This document shows positions 35,101 through 44,338 of a stretch of 64,000 nucleotides of DNA, one piece after another (position 1 is the stretch's first letter; every line of letters begins with the position of its first letter). The translations under genes and the position numbers were made by a program. This DNA comes from an uncultured virus (IMG/VR IMGVR_UViG_3300049847_000281) (lineage: Duplodnaviria; Heunggongvirae; Uroviricota; Caudoviricetes). The notes under the pieces were generated by a model. The model made no database searches and was not told the DNA's origin. It saw only the letters and a list, made by a program, of their open reading frames with translations. The DNA lies in IMG/VR virus record IMGVR_UViG_3300049847_000281; one strand, given 5' to 3'.

Positions 35101-38100
35101 CGTGTCCACTCAGCTCATGCGCCAGCGTAGCGATGTTAGCTCCGTTAAAGAAGTGGGCTGTTGCCTGCACATCATTCTGAAACTGTACCGCCCCGCGCAC
35201 CTCTCCGTCCTGCTTCTGATAGGCAATAGTCGGAGAGTTCCTGTCCGCATCCGTTAGCTTGGTGCGATACCACATGAAGCCGTTATCATCACGCACCAGC
35301 TCCAAGTCAGGGCGCAGCTTTTTAAGAATCGGCAACACCGTTCCTCTGTGGTTGTTTATCACTTCCTTCCGCTCGTCAGGAAGTTTTTCAAACTCTTCAT
35401 CACTTACTTCTGTCGGATGCGATGGTAATTCGGGTTTTGCAAATTCCTCTCCAAACGGCAGTTCCAGTTGGTTCGGGTCTACAGGTTCTTCAGGTTCCGC
35501 TTCTCCGTACTCACTTGGCTGCAAGTATTCTATAGGGTCTTCATCGCTGGCGTAAAAGCGGTCACTGTCACCGGGGTAATCCCACGTATTGCTGCGACCA
35601 CTTATATCGCTATCGCTCATGTTGTCGTAGCTGCGGCTCATATAATCCCTCATCTCATCGTCAAAATCACTGGGCGATGCCATCGGAATATCTCTGTCCT
35701 CTTCCAGCTCTTCAATTTTATCAAGCATCTCCTGCTTCACGTCTTCAGCGCCTTCCACATCATCCGTGTCCCAGTTTTCAATCTCACTGCGCGTCATCTC
35801 GCTGTTCCAGTTGCCCACCTGCTCTTCGAAATCTTTTTTTATTGCAGCATAATTTTCATCTTTCGCAGCCAAGTGATAGTCAAGAGAAGTGGTCGGTTCG
35901 TCATAGTCCCTTTCCTGCTCTTCAATTTTCTCCAGCATCAACTCTTTCAGACGCTCCATTCCGTAACCATCCCCGTCTATGCTTTCAATATCTTCACGGG
36001 TATAGTTCGCATTCCACGCGCTTCTTCTTCTCTGCGAATCGCTTCTGCCGAATGCGCGACCTAACGAATACTGCATTTCGCTCCAGTCATTATCAATCAT
36101 GTCATCAATATAACTACTGCGGCTATAGCTTTCCACATCATCTTCCGGTAGTACAGATATGCCCGTATCACTGTGGTCAACGACAAGATGAGTAGTTCCA
36201 TCAATTTCTATTTTGTCGCCTGTCTCCAAACCACTCTCATCACCACTCTCTATGGTGTACGGCATCTCACCCTGCGGCTTGCTCTTCAGTTTTAGTTTCT
36301 CCGGCTTGTAGTATTGTTCCACTACACCGAGCGTATACGGTGCGGGGAACAGCACTTCGTTCGCCCCGCGCTGCACGGCTTCTGCTATTGCCTCACGCGC
36401 CTGCCGCATACGGTAGGTGTCCTTTGTATACGATGCAACAAATTGTTTCTCAAACGGAGTCAGTTCTCTGTCCTTCCTATTAGCCATCTCCCGTAATTTC
36501 TCTTCATGTTTTTGCGTGGCTTCTTCAACAGCTTTGTGATATTTTTCCGATAGAGCAGTTCGCTCTTGCTCAATTTCGTTTTCAATTTTCTGTCTTCCTT
36601 TTTCACGCGCTGCACGCACTTGCTTGTCTGCTTCCGCCCTCCGCGCATCATCTCCGTCACGATAGTCTTTCTTTAAATTATTCCATTCATCGAAGTTAAT
36701 ATCATTAAGAACATCCATCCGAAGCAGATGCTCGGCTCCAATCCGGGCATCTCCGATTACAGTTCGGGAATACTCCTTTCCGTTTATTACTACAGACACT
36801 ATAGTGCTTATATCGCCACCTCTCGAATTGCTTTCCTGACGGTATATTATTTTACGCGCACTTTCCGGCAACAAGGGCAGAACTTTGTTGTTAATAAAAT
36901 CAGCGTTGTATTTAGCGAGACTTGCGACATACTTTTTCTGAATGTGCTCATTCGTCTCCTCGTCATACTTCGTCAGCGGTTCCTCCAAGTCGCCCACCTT
37001 CTCCTCATGCTCCTGCTTCAGCTCGTTCAGCTCGTCAATAAACTTCTCATTTACATTCGTCACCTTATCACCTTTGTGTATCAAACCCATCAGCGCATCT
37101 TCAAACGTAGGCGCTGCTATGCCCTTAGCACTAAGCTCCGTCCGGTACTTGTTGTATTCAAGCGAGAGCTTAAACTCATCTTCATCACGCCCCGACTTGT
37201 CAAACTTTTCCTTCTCGTCCGGGTTCATCTCCAGCCACTCGTCAAACTTTTCCTTCTGATGTTCTTTCAGTATTTTTTGAAACACATCGCTTTGCTGCTC
37301 CGGCACATATAACTGTCCGGCTTCTGCACGATACCAATACCTGTTGTGCCCGTATAAGCCTATCGGCAACGCCCCCGCTGCCTTGCGCGCCTCAAATTCT
37401 TTTACCCAGTCTTCCGCTCCTTGTCGTGTGGTGTTGGCGCTGCCAATGTGTTCATTCACCTCTGCCTGCGTCCATCCTGAATGTGGTGTCACTCCTTTTT
37501 CTATGGCAATAAACTGGTCGCCATACTGCCGCACTTCATATTCCTTGTCCGCCCGTTTGTTTGGATTAAACTCGTCACCAAAATGCCCTTCCACACCGTG
37601 TGTAATAGGGGTGTTAAAAATTACCGTTTGCTGCGTGCCATAGACATTTCGTTGTCCTGTAAAATTACTTAGCCCGTAGTCATTATACTTAGACGAATAA
37701 ATCCGCTCCAGCGGCATTATCTTCTCCTCTACAGCAGCTCTGAACCTGTTAAAATTTATCCGCTTGGCGCTCACAAACTCCGGCTCATTCAGCGTTTCAC
37801 GTATCAGCTCCTTCTCAATTTCTTTCCCACGGCTTTTCAGCAAATCCATTATCTGCTGCGGACTCACCTCGCGGTTTTGTAATTGCTCAAAAGTCTTATC
37901 GTTGAAGATAGAAAGCGTGTATCGGTTCAGCTTTATATTGCCGGGCAATGCTGCCTGATGAACTACAGGAAGAAGAGAACCCTCCTGCTGCCTGAGCACA
38001 TTGTCTATGCCGAGCACACTAAGGTCGCCCTGTTGTATTTTCTTTAAAAAAGTTTCGTAAAATGTTTTTGCCCCTGCGGGTTTGTTCTTATCCCATGTGG

Positions 38101-41100
38101 CAGCTAACGCATCGTTGAGCTGCATCTGCGCATCTATCTGCGCATCACTCATAGGTTTCTTTCCTCCGGGGGAAACAAGGATGCCTGCATCGCGCAAGCT
38201 CACAAGCGAGTCTTTTACTTTCTCGCGTGTCATCGGAGAGTTTAGCTCTCCGCTTTTGTCTGTATCGACTGCCTTTTGCTTCGGCTGTTTATTATCAGCT
38301 CCGACATCATTTGTGCCTCCGATGCCTTTTTCTTTTGATACCCTTCCCGCTTTGTCTTGGCGAACGCCTTGAACCACACTCCCTCTTTTCCGGGATTCTC
38401 CTTTTTGTATTGGTGGTAAAACTCCTTCTGCTCCTCCGTCATTCCCAGTATGTCCCGCTCCTCCTCCGTCATCGCTGAGAGCTTCTTTGTCCATGCCGCC
38501 ATTTTTTCCGGGTCTTCTAAAAAGGAAGTCTCTTTGTTCGGGAGTGAGCTGGAATTTGTCTGCGACTTGTCTGAGTTTGTTTTCATCTATCTCTATGGGT
38601 TTAGGTTCTGTAAGAGGCTTACCTTCAAAATTGGTGTGCTCAAAGTTACGAATTAAAACGTCATCTCCAAAATGCTCCTTCAGCCAGCTTGCGCGGTTAT
38701 TGATAGACCCCGCTACTTTCTCGTACTGTGTGATAGGAACAAGTCGTCCCGTGCGTAATCCACGGTCAATGTTACTTTTGAAGGCACGCTCAGGATGAGA
38801 GTAAAAAATACTGAACTCCGTCTTGTAACCGTTTTCGTGAGCGGCATCAATCAGCGCCTTGAATCGTTTGGAGTCATTGGTAGTGCCGTCAAAAACAATA
38901 GCGTGGGGTTCTTTTGCAAGCAAAACGCGAGTCTTTCCGGTTGCAGGTAAGCCTGCTGCAAAAATTACTTTATCGACCTTCCCTTTGTTCCGCTTCAGCG
39001 CCTCCTGATAAATTTCATCGGTTAAAATCTGCCCCGCTTTCTTGTATGCTACCACATTGGAGCGGTCATACCCTATTTCAAAGAGCAGGTCGCGCACAGC
39101 ATCGGGGTCTATATGATTACCGTTTTCGGACAGATACTTATTTATCAGGCGCTCTTTGTTGTCGGTTACAAACTTTATCTGTTCTGCTTCGGGCATAATC
39201 GCAGCTGGCTCTTCATTCTCTGCACCGCCCACAATCTTTTCCGCTTCCGTAATACTCTTGTCCAGCACCGCCTTGCGCTCAACAGCTTTCTTGATGTCGC
39301 CATTCTTCCATCCGCGTATCACCGGAGCGTTCACAGTCGCATAGCGCGCAGCATCGAAAAACAAATCGTTTACCTTCTGTAGCTCTTCCGGTGTTATTTT
39401 TCCATCCTTCGCCAGCTTGCGTGCCTTCGCTATCAGGTCTACAACTTTTTTGCGCGTAGGCGCATCGATGCCGTCATTTATTGGTTTGGTTCTGCCTGTG
39501 TTCAGCAGGTCGCCAAAAACTTTGTCGTTGTACTCCCGTGTCGCCAACGGATTTTCTGCATCATGAATCTTTTCTTTAAAAATGTTTTCACGGTGTGTCT
39601 CTGCTGTAGCCGGAGGCGCATAGTCGCTGTTCGGGAAACTCTTTTCCTTCCATGCCCTAAGCTGCTTCGCATCATCATGCAAGCCCACGCGGTCATACTC
39701 CTTAGCCATCTCTTCGAACTGCTTTTTTTGGTCTGCGGTGTACACGCGCTTGCCTGCCGGGTTTAACTCAAAGCCGTAGGGCTGTTTCTTATCGGCAGGC
39801 TGCTGCACTTTTACTGTCTCTTTTTTCTCAGTCAGTGCAGGCGCAACCTCTTTCTTCTTCTCTTCCGACTTAGACTTTTCCTTAGAACTCACCAACTCCG
39901 TCCTCTTCGGCAGCCCTTGTTCCTCTAAGTATTTGTTGATAATAGCAAGTTTTTTCTCCTTCGCAAACTTTTGGTCAGGGTGGTTGCTTCCAAATTTTTC
40001 AATAATAGTTCCGTTTGCTTTTCGCTCTCCTACTAAGTCCCCCACCGTGTTGTCGAGTTTCGGATTAGCTATTGATACGAAATAACTTTTGCCGTTGTAT
40101 TTCACTTCACCCACCTGCTCCTTGTCACGCAGCGCACGGTTAATATCTTCCTGTGTGATGGGCTTCGCTTCGGTGATGCCAAGCTCTCCAAGCGTCACAC
40201 TCGCTTCGGTTTTATCTTCGATAGGTATAATGTGCTCCTTGTCGTTTGCGTCAACAAAAACATACTCTCCGTTGTCGTTGCGGTCTAAGCTGCCAACTTC
40301 TCCTTTGTACATCACGTCTCTGCCCATAGCTGCATCCTTCAGCTTTGTGTCGGCAGTAAATTTCTTAGGCGCAGTTTCCTCGTCTCCGTATTTAAAAGCA
40401 AGCGCTTCTTTTCCGGGATTAAAATGAGAACCTTCCGGTGCGGTCACTTCGTTCGTTACGTTTGCCTGCCGTTGGCGGTAGCCCTCAAGCTCCACATGTT
40501 CTTCAGGCGTGCGCCCGGTGTTTAGCTCAAGCTCGTCAGCCCGACTTTGTTCTTCTGCACTTAACGGGTCTTCAATCTTTAGCCCGTATGCTTCAGCCAG
40601 CGCCTCCGGGTTGTCGATGTTCTTCTGAAGAAACCTTAGTTCGCGCTTGCTCTTATATCCCTCGAACCCTTCCGGTTCTGCGCCTTGCAGCTCCTGCATT
40701 TTGTCGTGCGCAGCTGTAACAATGTTGTCGGTGGTAATTTTCTTGGCAGTGCCGGGCTTCTTTAGAAAGTCACCTTCGGCTTTTATGCGGTCTATGGCAA
40801 GTTGCACCTGCTGATGGGCTGCTATGTATTTAGCAAGCGTTGCTCCGCTGGCATCGTCTTTGTTTTGTTTGTATTCGGCTATGCCGCCCTTCAGAGCATC
40901 TCTTAATCCAACCAACGCGGGAATTGCTGCGCCTATCACAAAGCCACTCTCCATTGCCTTGTCTACATCCTGACTAATTTCCTGCGCTACGTTATAGGTC
41001 TTCTGCGCGCCCCAATTCTGCATCGCTTTCATTGTGCCCATCTGCACAGCAGTGGTTACGCCTCCTTTAGCCGTGTTGCTTAGATATTCTCCGATGCTTC

Positions 41101-42490
41101 CTCCGGTAAGTTTGTTCAGCTTATTGATAAACGGAAGTTCGGCAACAAGAAACGGAGAGCCACTAAGCACCCCGTACCCAAAAGCATCCATTGCCACATC
41201 ATTCGGATTTTTTCCTTTCAGAGATTGATATTGTTTTGTGGCAGCTTCGAGATACGACTGGTCGCCACCATAGGTCTCTTGAAAAAATTGAGCGAGAGGC
41301 TTACTGTTTACGTCCGTTGTAAGTTTCTTGGCTACTTCATGTGCCTGAATTCCATTTTGATTTCCGGCTATCAGCGTTGCTGGCAGGTGCTCCCATAGCT
41401 TTTCCTTTAGCCCCTTCTCGGCTGCCGACCCTACGAGCTGCCCAATCTCGCTGTTGGCTCCGGCAGCTTTAGCCGCATCAATAAGCATATTCTTATCTAC
41501 AGCTCCTGTGGCAAGTCCCACAGCTCCTTCTACGCCCATCTTTACAAGCCCTCCGCCTAAGTACATTCCGGCAAGACTTCCTGCGGTCTCCGGCAGGTCG
41601 TGTGCCAAAAATTCGTCTTCATATTTTTTATCTGTCTTAGCAGTAAGGCGGTCGTCAATAAATTTGTTTGTGCCTGCGCCTGCCTGATAAATAAATTTCT
41701 CATCAGCTGAGGCATGTGCCATCTGTTCGTTAACAGGCAATCCCTCTGCCTTTTGCAGCGCAGCAGTTCCACGGTCGAGTAGCGCTGACATATAGCCAAG
41801 CCCTTGGTCAATCTCGCCCGGAGTTTTTACAACACCCTTAACTAACGAGCGCCAAGCAGAACCCACGCGCTCAAGATTGTCTTTCTTCTCCACGGGCTTA
41901 GACGTGGTGCCACCTGTCAGATAATCCAGCACATCTTTGTTGGCTGCCTGTGCATGCGCCACCTGCTCGTCTGTGAGTTTCAGGTTTTGCTTCAGGTCTC
42001 CGAAAAATTTTTGTAGTGCAGGAGCACCGTTAGGATTATCGCGTCCGAACAGTTGTATATTTTTATTCAGCTCATCACGTACTACCTTATCTAATTTAGG
42101 TTGAGTCTTCACCTGCCGGAACGCAGGCAAACTCGCCACAGGCGGAGAGTTCAGATAGTCGTCAACTTCTTTATTGCTAAGACCGCTGCCCTTTAGCTGC
42201 CCGATAAGACCTTGTGCATTCGCCATCGCATTAGGCGAAGCGTCCGTAAACTTATCGTCTTTTGCGTACAGGAACTCGGTTATTCCTTCGAGAAACTTTT
42301 GCTTTTCCTCCGGGGAAGGTAACCGTGATGGAGATGTGGATGGGGAACCACCGCTTGTACCATCTGTAAAAACTTCCCCGGTAGGTTGGTCTTGACTTTT
42401 TTTTTTAGAATCACTAAGCAAGCCCAGCGGGTCATGCTCGGCAGCAGGAGCTTCTAACAATCCTAATGGGTCTTGAGTGTCCTCAGCCAT
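32138..42490 (-). CDS. giant (3450 aa) polyvalent internal-virion/ejection protein
   Basis: Last gene of the virion operon. Contains a zeta-toxin-like P-loop (AAGLPATGKT), a zincin-like TLAHELSGH motif, an acidic region and a helical C-terminal region. Confidence 0.8.
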   Translation of the reverse strand: MAEDTQDPLGLLEAPAAEHDPLGLLSDSKKKSQDQPTGEVFTDGTSGGSPSTSPSRLPSPEEKQKFLEGITEFLYAKDDKFTDASPNAMANAQGLIGQLKGSGLSNKEVDDYLNSPPVASLPAFRQVKTQPKLDKVVRDELNKNIQLFGRDNPNGAPALQKFFGDLKQNLKLTDEQVAHAQAANKDVLDYLTGGTTSKPVEKKDNLERVGSAWRSLVKGVVKTPGEIDQGLGYMSALLDRGTAALQKAEGLPVNEQMAHASADEKFIYQAGAGTNKFIDDRLTAKTDKKYEDEFLAHDLPETAGSLAGMYLGGGLVKMGVEGAVGLATGAVDKNMLIDAAKAAGANSEIGQLVGSAAEKGLKEKLWEHLPATLIAGNQNGIQAHEVAKKLTTDVNSKPLAQFFQETYGGDQSYLEAATKQYQSLKGKNPNDVAMDAFGYGVLSGSPFLVAELPFINKLNKLTGGSIGEYLSNTAKGGVTTAVQMGTMKAMQNWGAQKTYNVAQEISQDVDKAMESGFVIGAAIPALVGLRDALKGGIAEYKQNKDDASGATLAKYIAAHQQVQLAIDRIKAEGDFLKKPGTAKKITTDNIVTAAHDKMQELQGAEPEGFEGYKSKRELRFLQKNIDNPEALAEAYGLKIEDPLSAEEQSRADELELNTGRTPEEHVELEGYRQRQANVTNEVTAPEGSHFNPGKEALAFKYGDEETAPKKFTADTKLKDAAMGRDVMYKGEVGSLDRNDNGEYVFVDANDKEHIIPIEDKTEASVTLGELGITEAKPITQEDINRALRDKEQVGEVKYNGKSYFVSIANPKLDNTVGDLVGERKANGTIIEKFGSNHPDQKFAKEKKLAIINKYLEEQGLPKRTELVSSKEKSKSEEKKKEVAPALTEKKETVKVQQPADKKQPYGFELNPAGKRVYTADQKKQFEEMAKEYDRVGLHDDAKQLRAWKEKSFPNSDYAPPATAETHRENIFKEKIHDAENPLATREYNDKVFGDLLNTGRTKPINDGIDAPTRKKVVDLIAKARKLAKDGKITPEELQKVNDLFFDAARYATVNAPVIRGWKNGDIKKAVERKAVLDKSITEAEKIVGGAENEEPAAIMPEAEQIKFVTDNKERLINKYLSENGNHIDPDAVRDLLFEIGYDRSNVVAYKKAGQILTDEIYQEALKRNKGKVDKVIFAAGLPATGKTRVLLAKEPHAIVFDGTTNDSKRFKALIDAAHENGYKTEFSIFYSHPERAFKSNIDRGLRTGRLVPITQYEKVAGSINNRASWLKEHFGDDVLIRNFEHTNFEGKPLTEPKPIEIDENKLRQVADKFQLTPEQRDFLFRRPGKNGGMDKEALSDDGGGAGHTGNDGGAEGVLPPIQKGESRKRGSVVQGVRQDKAGRVSKEKGIGGTNDVGADNKQPKQKAVDTDKSGELNSPMTREKVKDSLVSLRDAGILVSPGGKKPMSDAQIDAQMQLNDALAATWDKNKPAGAKTFYETFLKKIQQGDLSVLGIDNVLRQQEGSLLPVVHQAALPGNIKLNRYTLSIFNDKTFEQLQNREVSPQQIMDLLKSRGKEIEKELIRETLNEPEFVSAKRINFNRFRAAVEEKIMPLERIYSSKYNDYGLSNFTGQRNVYGTQQTVIFNTPITHGVEGHFGDEFNPNKRADKEYEVRQYGDQFIAIEKGVTPHSGWTQAEVNEHIGSANTTRQGAEDWVKEFEARKAAGALPIGLYGHNRYWYRAEAGQLYVPEQQSDVFQKILKEHQKEKFDEWLEMNPDEKEKFDKSGRDEDEFKLSLEYNKYRTELSAKGIAAPTFEDALMGLIHKGDKVTNVNEKFIDELNELKQEHEEKVGDLEEPLTKYDEETNEHIQKKYVASLAKYNADFINNKVLPLLPESARKIIYRQESNSRGGDISTIVSVVINGKEYSRTVIGDARIGAEHLLRMDVLNDINFDEWNNLKKDYRDGDDARRAEADKQVRAAREKGRQKIENEIEQERTALSEKYHKAVEEATQKHEEKLREMANRKDRELTPFEKQFVASYTKDTYRMRQAREAIAEAVQRGANEVLFPAPYTLGVVEQYYKPEKLKLKSKPQGEMPYTIESGDESGLETGDKIEIDGTTHLVVDHSDTGISVLPEDDVESYSRSSYIDDMIDNDWSEMQYSLGRAFGRSDSQRRRSAWNANYTREDIESIDGDGYGMERLKELMLEKIEEQERDYDEPTTSLDYHLAAKDENYAAIKKDFEEQVGNWNSEMTRSEIENWDTDDVEGAEDVKQEMLDKIEELEEDRDIPMASPSDFDDEMRDYMSRSYDNMSDSDISGRSNTWDYPGDSDRFYASDEDPIEYLQPSEYGEAEPEEPVDPNQLELPFGEEFAKPELPSHPTEVSDEEFEKLPDERKEVINNHRGTVLPILKKLRPDLELVRDDNGFMWYRTKLTDADRNSPTIAYQKQDGEVRGAVQFQNDVQATAHFFNGANIATLAHELSGHVGRRMLSELAKHNENFARDLGTIEKWAGAKNGLWDTAAEEKFARGFEKYLREGKAPTSALKNAFSNLAKWLTTIYKTLAGSDIDVELTPEVREVFDRLLGAEKKVAASTSSATEITPTTAAEQGELPPTPNELPKSSDPAYTEKLGIPGISGFISRDVMPNVEAGIAGLKTFYEDVQRNIKQWYNTGAPKNEAKTLLRPYLADVAQMKDAAWATMRARHQWWDTVAEDDKIQFINQMESGKIGVDAFKAIGYRHDRALVMASLAKEYRERLEAAHQLELTYKDRAAYIENYFPHLWEAPEKAEKFFGTAVSKMGRQAFEKMRTIDFIKTGMDAGMKLKTSNPEEIVMMREFSGWQRKAMNDFMKKMSTQGLVKYVYPNAETGKYPIPDGFKRLTDDNYNRLKIYSPDGKGMPVFAAGADVVMSNYLSPSLYGAPGMMGKLFRGNMAAKNFIVSIKLLSGYHIVSTSISDVATQMTLALRKMGRGDVMGALANLAKTPVSPITDILSQRGKSDVMKAWDMAQAGEPIKDPEMAEAIDLIKRAGGRPHLSEVWQMGLNGQFSKALQELKNDNIPGAGIRAVHAAMGVAQKIILESYVGRLKINSYLKLANDYMASTKEPNTLEQDKHLQKLWDSMDNRFGQLVYDNLFWKRAIRDLGTASTLSLGWNLGTIREFGGAVKDIPADIKNAIKTGKPAISDRILFAATYPVVVGMIGGLMTYLQTGQKPNSLIDYYYPASQKDEDGNTTERIQIPSMMKEFFATNREIEGRGLVKGTGTYLTNKLAPEFGMTADLLKNEDYYGVEISNPNDPVVEQAKQIGKFLLEGGLEPIFMSSLGKDAEEGRQLSVMDKTKAIMGFSKAPRYISNTPLENKIFDLFEMRNQGMKPYTDREEAELKRKIRAAHENDDDETAQQLMDDAEKEGKLRPSQIKDLQSAFGKEKKNSAVYMFQRLPFADRQQLFSKMTDEEKEMFDPDGNFQKTLDEVEAAKEE
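38242..38502 (-). CDS. candidate overprinted 86-aa gene inside the giant ORF
   Basis: Alternative frame MAAWTKKLSAMTEEERDILGMTEEQKEFY... with an AAAAA-ATG leader; the host frame here is a Gly-rich low-complexity linker. Confidence 0.45.
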   Translation of the reverse strand: MAAWTKKLSAMTEEERDILGMTEEQKEFYHQYKKENPGKEGVWFKAFAKTKREGYQKKKASEAQMMSELIINSRSKRQSIQTKAES

Positions 42491-42492
42491 AA

Positions 42493-44331
42493 TTATTGTT
42501 TTATTTTAAGTGTGGTCTTTTCTTTGTGTTTTCCAAACGGCAAATTTAGATAAACTAAAAAGCCGTCTTTATCTGAGTACACCTCCGGGCTTCCGTCTTT
42601 ATACGCAGCCTTTAGCTCTGCAATTCGGTCATCGCGAGAGGTGGTCTTGAAATCAAATGACTCTTCAGTTGGTTGGTCATAAACGACCTCTCCTGATTTT
42701 TTGACTGGCGCAGCAGCACTCGCCTTTAGCTTCACTTTCCCCCCTTTAACAGCAGCATCTATCACAGCATCGGTGTATGATGGCGACATCGCCTTCAGCT
42801 CCTCCCGCGTGTACTCCTTCGGTGCAGCAGAGGTCGCCTTAGCTGCTGGCGCAGACGAACTCCCTCCCAACTCATCATCCGGGAAATTATTCATCGTAAC
42901 CTTTCCTTTCGGAAGAGTTTCAAGCTGCTTCTTCATCGAGGCGGTAAATGGTATTGCGCGTGGCTCCCAAACCTTTTCTCCCTTAGACGTTCCGGCATCC
43001 TGCAAGCCCACTACAAACCATCCGTGCTTTATAACTCCGGGGTATTGCGCCTCAGTATCTTTGCTCACCAATATCTTTTGTCCTTTAGTCGGGCTTCCGG
43101 GCTTCACATCAATCACATACGGCAACTCAAACACTCCCTGAGCGCGGTAGTCTCTGCCACCGGGGACAGACTCCTGCTTCCCTGTGCCCATGTTGATGAT
43201 AGTCCCCGGAACAGTTTTCAACAACGCCTCTGTAGCAAAAGGGAACGCTCTCTTGGCGTTCATTTGTATAGCCGCCCCTTCTCCTTTTTTCTGCATTTCC
43301 ATCACTGGCTTGCCATCAACAACCATCAGCTTGCCGTCAACATCTTTCTTTTGCTTGAGCACCTGTGTAGTTGCGTCTATGGCATAGTCGGTTACCATGT
43401 CTACAGACTGGTTGGTTTTATCAACTGAGCCGGGCGCGCCCTGTGGAATAGGCTGCTTTGTTTGCCCTCTTACCTTAGTCAGCTTCCCAAGGTCAATCAA
43501 AGCCAAATGCTCCACCGCCAAATCGTGTGCAATACTCAACTTATCTTTTTCTGTTGGTGCAGCATCGTAAAGCGCCTTCAGCTTCGGGTCGTTTCCGTCC
43601 TGAATAAATTTTTCAGCCGCATGAATAGCGTCTATCTGAGGGCGCTCCATAACGGTCAGCCAGTTTGCTGCCTTTGCTTTTGCTGCGCTTACAACCTCCG
43701 GCTTCCACTCGCCAGTAGCATCTACGTTTTCGTTCGTCAATACATCCGTAAAGCCCGGAGTCTTAGACATAAACTCTTTCGTTTCCTTGTCATCTCCGAG
43801 CTTCGGAGTTTCTCCGTATATTTTATTCCACTCTTCGCCTACGGGAGCCATATCGGGATGCGTTCCCAGTCGCTGCTCAGTGGGCATCGCCCTCCACGCA
43901 TCGTGTTTGGATTCCTCACCCACCGCATACTTTTTACTTAGAATGTTTTCCGAAATTTTATTGTCAAGTTCCTTGTCAGCCCAGCTGTTAGCGGCATGAA
44001 ACTGCATCATGTTTTTTTGTTGTAACAAATCCTGATACGCAGCAGCATCGGCTTGTTTGTCCTTTCCATAGTTTTGATAAAACTGCGATGCCTTGGCGGT
44101 ATAGTCGTCTCTAAGTTTTTGAAAATAAGGCAAGTCAATCTCCCACGCCTTCAGGTCTCCCGGATTAAGCGCAGCCATTAAGGAATCTTTCAGCCCCTTT
44201 TCTTCTTTGGCTTTTTTATTCCTTTCGAAGAGATAGGTGTCTAATACCGTACTCTTATCTCTTGGGATGATATATGCAGCGCCCGTGTTGTCACGTCCGC
44301 TGTATACTTCTCCGAGTGGGTCTATTGCCAT
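42493..44331 (-). CDS. internal virion (ejection) protein
   Basis: About 612 aa from MAIDPL; lies between the pilot-like gene and the giant gene. Confidence 0.6.
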   Translation of the reverse strand: MAIDPLGEVYSGRDNTGAAYIIPRDKSTVLDTYLFERNKKAKEEKGLKDSLMAALNPGDLKAWEIDLPYFQKLRDDYTAKASQFYQNYGKDKQADAAAYQDLLQQKNMMQFHAANSWADKELDNKISENILSKKYAVGEESKHDAWRAMPTEQRLGTHPDMAPVGEEWNKIYGETPKLGDDKETKEFMSKTPGFTDVLTNENVDATGEWKPEVVSAAKAKAANWLTVMERPQIDAIHAAEKFIQDGNDPKLKALYDAAPTEKDKLSIAHDLAVEHLALIDLGKLTKVRGQTKQPIPQGAPGSVDKTNQSVDMVTDYAIDATTQVLKQKKDVDGKLMVVDGKPVMEMQKKGEGAAIQMNAKRAFPFATEALLKTVPGTIINMGTGKQESVPGGRDYRAQGVFELPYVIDVKPGSPTKGQKILVSKDTEAQYPGVIKHGWFVVGLQDAGTSKGEKVWEPRAIPFTASMKKQLETLPKGKVTMNNFPDDELGGSSSAPAAKATSAAPKEYTREELKAMSPSYTDAVIDAAVKGGKVKLKASAAAPVKKSGEVVYDQPTEESFDFKTTSRDDRIAELKAAYKDGSPEVYSDKDGFLVYLNLPFGKHKEKTTLKIKQ

Positions 44332-44338
44332 TGGTTTG

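Noticed and set aside
32138..42490. crAss-like virion RNA polymerase
   Set aside because: No convincing DxDxD catalytic motif in an RNA polymerase context; the domains fit a polyvalent ejection protein
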